DNA of 63,101 nucleotides, the filler included, from Octopus bimaculoides (Eukaryota), in NCBI RefSeq assembly GCF_001194135.2. It is 8 parts of 8 records of this genome, joined end to end, with 100 filler letters (N's around TTAATTAATTAA, not from the genome) between each part and the next. Parts side by side here need not be neighbours in the genome. Positions count along the whole stretch, not along the records: positions 19,206 to 37,748 come from NC_068996.1; 7 more parts are not named here. One strand, given 5' to 3'. The notes below the pieces were generated by a model that searched no databases, was not told the origin of the DNA, and worked only from the letters and a program-made list of their open reading frames with translations. This document shows, piece after piece, positions 25,263 to 35,199 of this stretch (position 1 is the first letter of the stretch; each line of letters opens with the position of its first letter). A program made the translations under genes and the position numbers.

Positions 25263-27908
25263 TGCCATGATAGATCGCTAACCACTAAACACATTTTTTT
25301 CTCCTCCTGTTTCTTTCCGTGTTCCTTTCTGTGGAAGAGCATAAGTTCGAAACGTTAAAGACTTTCTCTATTCCCNNNNNNNNNNNNNNNNNNNNNNNNN
25401 NNNNNNNNNNNNNNNNNNNNNNNNNNNNNNNNNNNNNNNNNNNNNNNNNNNNNNNNNNNNNNNNNNNNNNNNNNNNNNNNNNNNNNNNNNNNNNNNNNNN
25501 NNNNNNNNNNNNNNNNNNNNNNNNNNNNNNNNNNNNNNNNNNNNNNNNNNNNNNNNNNNNNNNNNNNNNNNNNNNNNNNNNNTATATATATATATATATA
25601 CATACACACTCATTTCAGAATTATGAGTATCTTTTTAGTAGAGGCAGTTGTAACTGTCGTAGACTATTGTAATTTTATTATATCATATCAACATTTATAA
25701 AAAGCTGACCTGCCAAGTTTTGTCATTAGAGATTAAACGCGACGTCTGTAACAACACTTTCTTTGAACCACACTTGCTAAAGGCCGACTCACATAGCCAA
25801 CTAGCTTGCAAAAGGCAATCGATACATAAAGGCAATTTCGAAACTCGCTATGCAATAAAGGTTTGTGTTAAACTTATGAAACGCTCCCAACTGCTTATGA
25901 ATTAATTCATATGAGTTGAACATCTGTGTTTTGCCGGCCAATTAGCCAGGCAAATTAAATCCACCGGGAAGTTCATCATGATCCCCTTTTTCGACGGCAA
26001 CCGAATCATCTACATTTACTGGGTTCCTTCAAGCCAGATGGTCAACAAAGTGTACTGTGTGGAGGTTTTGACGGAGTTCGGGAAGAGGGCCAGATCACCT
26101 GCACCAGGACAATGCACCAGTTACCAATTCCAACTTTGTAACTAACTACTTGAGAGAGATGGGCATCAAAACTATCCTTCACCCTTCCAACAGTCCACAC
26201 CTTGTTCTCGGTAACATTTCGTTGTTCCCCAAGATGAATGAGGATATGAAGGAGGCTGTGACAAGGGTCCAGGGTACCTTCACTTTGAAGGACTTCCATG
26301 AAGCCTTCATGAATTGGCTGGAACGCTACAATTACATTGAAGTTAGACAATCTCACTTTGAAGATTAGATTTTTTTTTTACTTATTTGAAATTAATAAAT
26401 GTCTCTCCTGAAAAAGTCTGAAATTTCAGTAATGCAGCTTATATATATATATATATATATACGACGGGCTTTCAGTTTCCACCTACCAAATCCATTCACA
26501 AGGCTTTGGTCGGCCCGAGGCTATAGTAGAAGACACTTGCCCAAGGTACCACGCAGTGGGACTGAACCCAGAACCATGTGGTTGGTAACCAAACTACTTA
26601 CCACACAGCCACTCCTACGCCTATATATACGCAAGATGGGCTTCTTTTAGTTTCCATCTACCAAATTGACTCACAAGGCTTTGGTCGGCCCGAAGCTATA
26701 ATAGAAGACACTTGCCCAAGGTACCACGCTGTGGGACTGAACCCGGAACCATGTGGTTGGTAAGCAATATGTAGAGCAATCTTCAGCTGCACGAAAATGC
26801 AGAAAATTACAGTAGAATAGACATATTATAATTGTGGCAACATTTCAAATCCAAGTGGGAGGAAGAATACATAAAAATCCATCTTGACATAGCCAAGTCT
26901 ATCAGGCTAATAATTGGTTCTAGGCAAAAATTCTAACTGTCTCTGATTTTATTGTCTCTTATCTAGTAGTAATAGTATAAGGGACAATCACTTCTAAGGA
27001 AAGGGAAGGTGTAAGCATTGTGCATAGACATGGCTATAAAGGATATGGTTATAAAGGTTTCTCTGGTCAGAGTGGCAACACTATTATAGGTTGGGTTTTT
27101 TTACTACTATCAAAATGTTGAGGAATTAAACCCTAGGTATTTAGGTCAAACAGGGCTTTTTCTTTAGTCTGAATTAAACCCCCATAATCTGTATGTATGT
27201 ATGTATGTATGTATGTACGTACGTACGTATGTATGTATGTATGTATGTATGTATGTATGTATGTATACACACACGCACATAAATATGCATTCTCATAAAC
27301 CTTTTTCTTGGCAATAACGTTTACTTACAATCTTTTCTTCAAGAAAACAATGTTTTTATCATCAACTGTATAAGCTGACATAACATTCCTTCCAATCTCA
27401 GGAAACTCAGTACCGATATCATTTGCATCAAAGATCTCACAGTCGTGATCTAAATGATAGGCAGTGTTTGCCTGCAAAGGATAAAAATAAAATCGCGGAT
27501 TATTTATTGGATTAAAACAAATTCTAACCATCAAAAACGTTTAACATTAATGAAACCTGAAACACAATGAAAATACAGTTCTGGGAAAGATGCATCATGT
27601 AAAAAGGTGAATGCAGATATTATGTGGTGTGACATAACAATGTCGGAGTCACGAGTGAAGACAAGAGGAATAATCTAGTTCAAAGAAATTGAGTCTGTTC
27701 AAACATTGCTAAAGGAGTTACTGAGAACATCGTTCAATTATATTGGTAATTCATACTTTGAAAACTCAAGGGAATAATTTTTTCTCAGTTGTGGTCTTTC
27801 AACGTTGGTTCCAAATTTAAAATCAGTTTTTGTCTGCATGTTCTAGTTTTTTACAGTTTGAAATTTATGATTTTTTCAAAATTAGTATATATTTGTAGGA
27901 AATGTATG

Positions 27909-27947
<39 letters not shown>

Positions 27948-30900
27948 CTTCTTCGTTTTGTTCCAGGTCTGATACGTAAATGTAGAAATGATCCCAATGC
28001 ATTTTATTACAAATGTGGATGATACGCATTTGTTTGTCAAAGTTTGACAAAGTTTGTGAGACGTGTCTATGACTCCTATTTTGATGTTCACCTTGATGAC
28101 CAAGACAAGAAGTGGTCTCCACATATGGTATGTCGTAATTGCGAGGGAACCCTTCGTGGTTGGACAAAAGGAAAGCTAAAAGGCCTACTTTTTTGAGTTC
28201 CTATGGTTTGGCAACAGTCAAAGGAATACATAACTGACTGCTAATTTGTCTTGGTTACCACTAAAAGAAGTATTTCCCTTTGCAATTCAACCTCTTCTCA
28301 TTTTGAGGAAATCCCAGTCCCAAACTTCTCTGAAGATGAAAAATTATTCCCTTGAGTTTTCAAAGTATGAATTACCAATATAATTGAACGATATTCTCAG
28401 TAACTCCTTTAGAAATGTTTGAACAGACTCAATTTCTTTGAACTAGTTTGAACTGATCAAGAGTTTGAAGAAATATTCTCACATACTAAAGACTCCTCAA
28501 ACAGTCACCTTCCACCCCATCGTTTTAGTTAGGCGGAACTGGTTGACTTAGCACGTGATTTGGTTACTCGCTGCATTTAAAAGCAACACATGTCGACATA
28601 AAAATTACATTGACTCAAATATCACGACCACAACTGTATCATTTGTGTGGATCCTAAAAATGGTGGACTTTCACCTCGAACAACAGAAAGGTTTCCATAA
28701 GTTTCTATGCTATCTTTGCATGTGGGACAGACGTGCTCGAAACAAGCATTGAATTCAGAAAAAAATGGCCCATCTGTGAACCTTTGAAGGATATCATCCC
28801 AAACATTGTAAATGAACCTCTACCCACACACACACACATACCGATTGTCAACGGGAAAAAAATCACCCACCACCATTCCACTGGAGTGGTTTGAAGCATT
28901 TTGTCAAAGTATTAAGTAATGACATTGAATGTTTTCAGCACAGTTTTTGCGTTTCCTGCCATATCTTTCCATAAAATGCGCGCATGCACACACACACACA
29001 CACACAAACTATCTGATTTTGTCCGTCGTTCTTTAAATTGTTATTTCGGTTTTGGTAAATGGAGTAGATAACATCTATTTTCTTACGATAAGTGCAGTCG
29101 ACTTTCGACCAATCTAAATTACGTGACTTTGAGAAACAAGACAGAGGAGATCTGAGTCAAGAATGGCATTCTTCTTAATTCTGGTGCCACGATCAAATAT
29201 TACACCCAGTTATGGAAAAATGCCATGACTGGCACCATCACCTGTCTTCCGGATGTTTTCGAAACATGCATCATATTGAGCCGATACTTAATAAACGCTG
29301 AATCCGTTTCTCTTTTCTCAAGAAAAATTTTCACACACTTGATGAGATAGAATTACACATAGAGAATTCTTTCGTCAAACTAACTCCAGCAGTAATAAGT
29401 CTACATTGTATCGGCCTCAGATGAGGTGCATCTTACATGAAATACATATTTCACTCGGGTTTTCCGCTCTATCTCTCTTACGATGCTCAACAGTCAGTTA
29501 AGTTATTATCAGTAACTGACTGGAGAAGTAAAGAAGTGGTTCAAAGACAAAACTTTGAAGAGTAGAGCAAAGCCTTCGAAAGTGGACATATTGTTGCCTG
29601 CTTCTCGCTTCGCAATCCCACTGTTAAAGAGTGTATTAGACATGAAGGAGGTACATAAGTGGTCTGATCAATAAGTATCCGGACTGTTGCCATATTAACG
29701 AGGCTAAAGCACGCAGAGTAAAGCCACTTGGTAAAGATTGACCTTGAATTATGTTGTGCATGCGCACTAAGTTTCAATGCTCTAGCTTACTTCTGCTGTT
29801 TACAACAGTGCTAGGAAGGAAGGTGTGTAGCGTGTGATCGTCGCATTGACCATGACAGAAAGTTGAGCAGAGAATCTGCATCAAGTTTTGTCAAAAGCTT
29901 GGCGATACCTGCTCAGAGGCCAACTTAAAGTTGCAGAAAGTGTATGGAGAGGAGTGTATGGGCCGAAAAATGTCGATAGTGACGAACGTTCTGGGAGACC
30001 CGCAGCCAACAGAACTGAGAAAAACATCGCAGATGTTCGTGCAACCGTGAAGGGAAGTAGCTCGCCGAATCCCCATCCGTGAGTTATCAGAGGATGTGCA
30101 GATTAGTTACGGTCCAATTCAGTCCATTATCACTGAAGATTTAGGTATGAAACACGTATCCGCCAAGTTTGTGCGCAAACTGCTTTCAGCTAACAACGTA
30201 CCTGCCAACTGTGCACCAGATTTGTCTAGGCACAGCATTCCCCAGGTCCGATAGCCACAGTATTCCCCAGGTCCGATAGCCACAGTATTCCCCAGATCTC
30301 GCCCATTGCTTTTTCTTTTTTTTTTTTTCAGAAATTAAATCCCGCTTGAAAGGAAGATTTCAGGACCTCGACGAAATGCAATGAGGCATCTGCTGATTAT
30401 CCTAGAAAAGGAGTTCGAGGAATGCTTCCATCAATGGAAACAGCGCTGGATTAAGTGTGTAGATTTCGAATAGGACAACTCTAAAGGAGATTAAATGTAA
30501 ATTTGGTACCTGTTGTAGTTTTGTTTTTATAACACCCGCCCGGATACTCATTGGTCAGATCTCGTATTCTCTAGTAACAAGAGAAGCGAATAAAATGACT
30601 CAAGCGCTGAGTTACACCTGGCTCTTCAAAACAAATGACCCATCTGCAACCGAAACTGTTCATCAAGAATTGGGATGTACAATCGTCAGAGGATTCACAA
30701 AGGAATAAAATGGCCTGTTTGATGAATAACTATAAGCTTACATAGGTACTGTAAGTTTAGAGGGAATACTTGATAAGTGTAAGCACCTGTATATGCCAGA
30801 TAGTGGGAGAGGTGAGAGAATATATCAAACATAAATTGAAAACAGAACACAAAGGATATCGCGGTACACGTATTTCAAGCTTTATACACAATCTGTTATT

Positions 30901-32000
30901 ACATCAGCAGAGGTATATTGATATAAAAGATGGTGTAAAACTCTCCTCAGCCACAAAACATTGTTAGTCCAATGATTACATCACAAAAGAAAAAGTACAC
31001 GTAGTATTATCCATTATAATAGGTTTATCACATCTCTTTGAAAAGGTATATTTGTATAAAGGTTTGTTGGATTTCAAAAATCTGCCCATGCTGTACCACA
31101 ATTCAGCATAGTGTGAATGCTAAATAGATTGGATTGTATCTTATAAATGCTAGTTAAATATAATTTAACTAGCGTGTATAAGATAGAAAGAAAAAATAAA
31201 AGGTAAAAAATAAAAAATAAAAGTAATAGAAGTAAAAACAAGAACAATAAAAGTAAAAATAAGGATAATAAAGTTAGATACATACACAGGGTATCCACAA
31301 AGTCTGGGTACATGGGGATTAACACATACTTTAAGAAATTATTATTTCTTATATTTAATTGTTTATGTTATGATTTTATTTACTCCATGTACCCATACCT
31401 TGTGGACACCCTCTATAAATAAGATTTAGCAAAATTGGAATAAAGTAACAAAAGAAATAAAACCATAAATTAGAATAAGAGATAAAGAGATAAAATAATA
31501 TAGAGCTGAGAACAGGATGTTTTGCTTGGATGAGATGGTAGGGGTCATAAATAATTTCTTGACCACTCGTTGAAATATAAATTAAGGTTGTAATTTGATA
31601 TCATTGTGATGAATGGTCAGTTTACCCAAACACACCACTAAAAATTCCTAGCTTTATAAACTTATCTATTACATGGGTACATTCACTTAGTTAGAAGTCG
31701 TAGTATATGTTTATGTGTGTATACACACGCACTCATATAGATACATCCGCTAACATGCTCGAGCGTGTGGAGGTGTACGTGTATATTCATGTATTTAGAG
31801 CTATGCATAACGAGACGTACGTGTATACGTTCGAGCATGGTAGCGGGTGTATCTGTATGAGTGCGTGTTTACATATGTATATTTGTGTATAAGGATGAGT
31901 TGAAATGTGCGTATGGAGACAAATTTATATATTTATAAGTGCATGTATACAGGCATGCATGTTATATACATATTTATTTATGTATGCATACATGAGTGTA

Positions 32001-32038
<38 letters not shown>

Positions 32039-35000
32039 GGGGAGAGAGAGGGGGGAGAGAGGGAGAGAGAGAGAGAGAGAGTATGTATGCATGTATGCGC
32101 TTACTCAAATTATACACAAACCAAAATAGATCTTTTTTAAAGAAAAAAATCTCTACACAACTTACCGAAAAGGCCAGTAGAAAGTCATCTATTACTACAG
32201 CTGAACGGATAAACTCTGGTAATATTTTAGGGAACTTATTATCACGAACTCCACCTGTGAGACGGTAACACCGCTTTCCTGTGAATAGATTTTAATAAGG
32301 AAAACAATTTCGAAATAAGGGAAAATATTCGTAACATGATGGTGGTAAATATATATTTAAGTTATATAATTATACACGCGTATGTATTTATGTATATTTG
32401 AATGCAGACTTTTCTGAGATTTCTTTCTAGTTCTAAACATCATTCAAATTGATCATAGGCAAAGCGATAGGGATTTTTAAATATGTGAGTTTGTGCGGGC
32501 ATATATGAAGAAGCATGAATAGTTATATGCTCTCGTTTACTGTGGGTATGCCATATTCACGTGAGTCATTGCACATGTATCTTTTTACTTCCAAATGGAG
32601 AATCTATGAAATGTTCTAAAAACATCACAGCACCTCTAATGAATTGGATTTGAAAGGTGCGTATCGCTTAACTAATAAATTGAAAATAAAGTTGTGGGCC
32701 TCTTCATGTATGCTATCAATTATCCTAAATGCTGGCCTAGCACTGAAACCACAAAAGTATTATGGACTATAATCTTATTAAATGCAGACAGATCTCATTT
32801 AATACAAATTTGAGATATTCTAGCAAATTATTTGACTGTAGGCTTTACCGTAGGTTGTTTAGAAAAATTTTGAAACGAGAAGAGTGAGGAAGTCAGAGCA
32901 CATCTGTGTATACAAATATGCATACGTATGCATATTCACACATACATGCATGCAAGCATACATACATACATACATACATACATACATACTTACATACGTA
33001 TATGCATGCTTACATGCATACATGCATACATACACACATATATAAATATACATACATACATACATGCATGCATACATACATATATACATACATACATGCA
33101 TACATACATACATATATACATATATATACACATACATACATATATACATACACACACACGCATACATACATACATACATACATACATACATACATACATA
33201 CATACATACATACGAAGGTGTGCTAAAATGTTCATGAAGGAATGATGCTAGAGTTGTGGAATCTTGCGTGATCGTGTTCACCACATGGTGATGGAAGATA
33301 GGGAATTAACTATAAATCAATGAGTCAATGCTGTTAGCATATCCCGTGAGGGATTCGAGAATATTCTTCTTAATGAACTTGGCATGACGAAGGTTTCTGA
33401 TCGGTAGAGTCCATGTTTTCTGACATCTGACTAAGCTGATCACATCACGAGAAAATCTGACATTGTTTCGGGCAAACTCAGCTGGTTTCCTTGAAAGTGT
33501 TCTAAGCCAGGACGAGTGTTGTGTTCATTACTTTGAGCCAATGAAAAAGAGGGAATTCATGCAATGGAAAAACCCATACTCAACTGATCCAAAGAAAACC
33601 AATGTCGTTTCATCTGCAGGGAAGGTAATGGCCTCAGTCTTGGGGGATGCAAAAGACATTGTGCTTATTGACTATCTTCAAAAGATCCACACCATCAATG
33701 GAGAGGACTATGCCAACTCGTGAGGCAGTTTCAAAAAGCTATCAAGACCAAATGCTTAATAAAGTGACGAAAGGGATCTTGTTTCACCAGGGCAATGCGC
33801 TAGTACACAAGTCCTTGGTTTCAACGACTGCTTTGAATGGCTGCTCACCATCTCTATTCTCCTGATTAGGCCACATTTGACTATCATCTGTTTCCCAACA
33901 AGAAAAAAAAAACACTTGGCTGAGAACCAGTACGGCAGTGATGATGATGCCATATCTACTGTTGATGATTTTCTCACCCAACAGGATGAAAGCTTTTTCA
34001 CCAGTGAGATCAGAGCACTGCAACACCGATGGAAGAAATGTGTGGACCACAAGGAGGACTGTTGAAAAATAAACCTCGTTTGGTCACATTCCACGAGAGT
34101 ATCTTGATCAGCCTATGAACTTTTCAACCGATCGTCGTACATAAGCACGTACAAACGTACATATATACATATATGCATACGAACATACTGACATACACTT
34201 TTACCTATTCGCGTCTAAATTCCATTAAAACAGTTTCTAAACTGGCTAACGGGGTTGCACTCCGTGGATGAAATATTTAAACAAAATGAAGTCAGATAAA
34301 TACATCTAAATATCCACACAGTAAAAATCATTTCAAACTTTTGCCACAAGGGCAGCTTGCGGTGGAGATAAGTTGATAATATCGACACTAGTGTTCAACT
34401 GCTACTGATTTTAACGAGTTAGAAAGGATGAAAGGCAAAAGCGACCTCGGCGGAATATGAACTCAGAACGTAGCGACGGGAGAAATACCGCTAAGCATTT
34501 CGTCCAGCGCGCTGATAATTTTGACAGCTCGCCGCCTTAACCACACGCCATAATAATAATATTACTTCTTCTCTCTGTATTATACAAAGACTACATTCCA
34601 CGTTTCTATGATTATATTTTGTCGGAAAATATAAAAGACGTAAAATAGAACTTACTTGAAAAAAGAAATGTTTGGTCAGCGTCATTGTGATATGCAGCAG
34701 CTGTGATTCTTTTTGGAATTCTGCGTTGAATAGTTTCGAATTTTGATAATCTCACAGGCCCGTCCTTAGTGAGATTAAATACGGATTTGCGTTTGAAAAT
34801 ATAAAACTTATGTTTCTCTGGTAACGAAAATGATAACAACAAAAAATAATAATGATTTAGAAGATACTATTTTGAAAAACATGATGAAACTTACGTTTAG
34901 TTTAATTTTCTTCCACGCTTGTAGGAAAAATGAAAAAGTACTTATTTTGTCATCAGTGTGTATTAATTTCTAATTAATTGTTAACTGATTTGTACATCAG

Positions 35001-35129
35001 TACATTAGGACCAACTCACCTTTCCATCAATCTGTCATGTCGTATATCTATCTATCTATCACTTTATCGTACATACATAAACACAGTATCACAGTATTAA
35101 AAAAGCTATAAGAATACACACAACACACA

Positions 35130-35199
<70 letters not shown>

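Noticed and set aside
31020-31130. Minus-strand frame ending IYLFKEM, considered as the missing hemopexin exon
   Set aside because: No good donor; exon 32166-32278 supplies the required phase 1-to-0 link with consensus sites.
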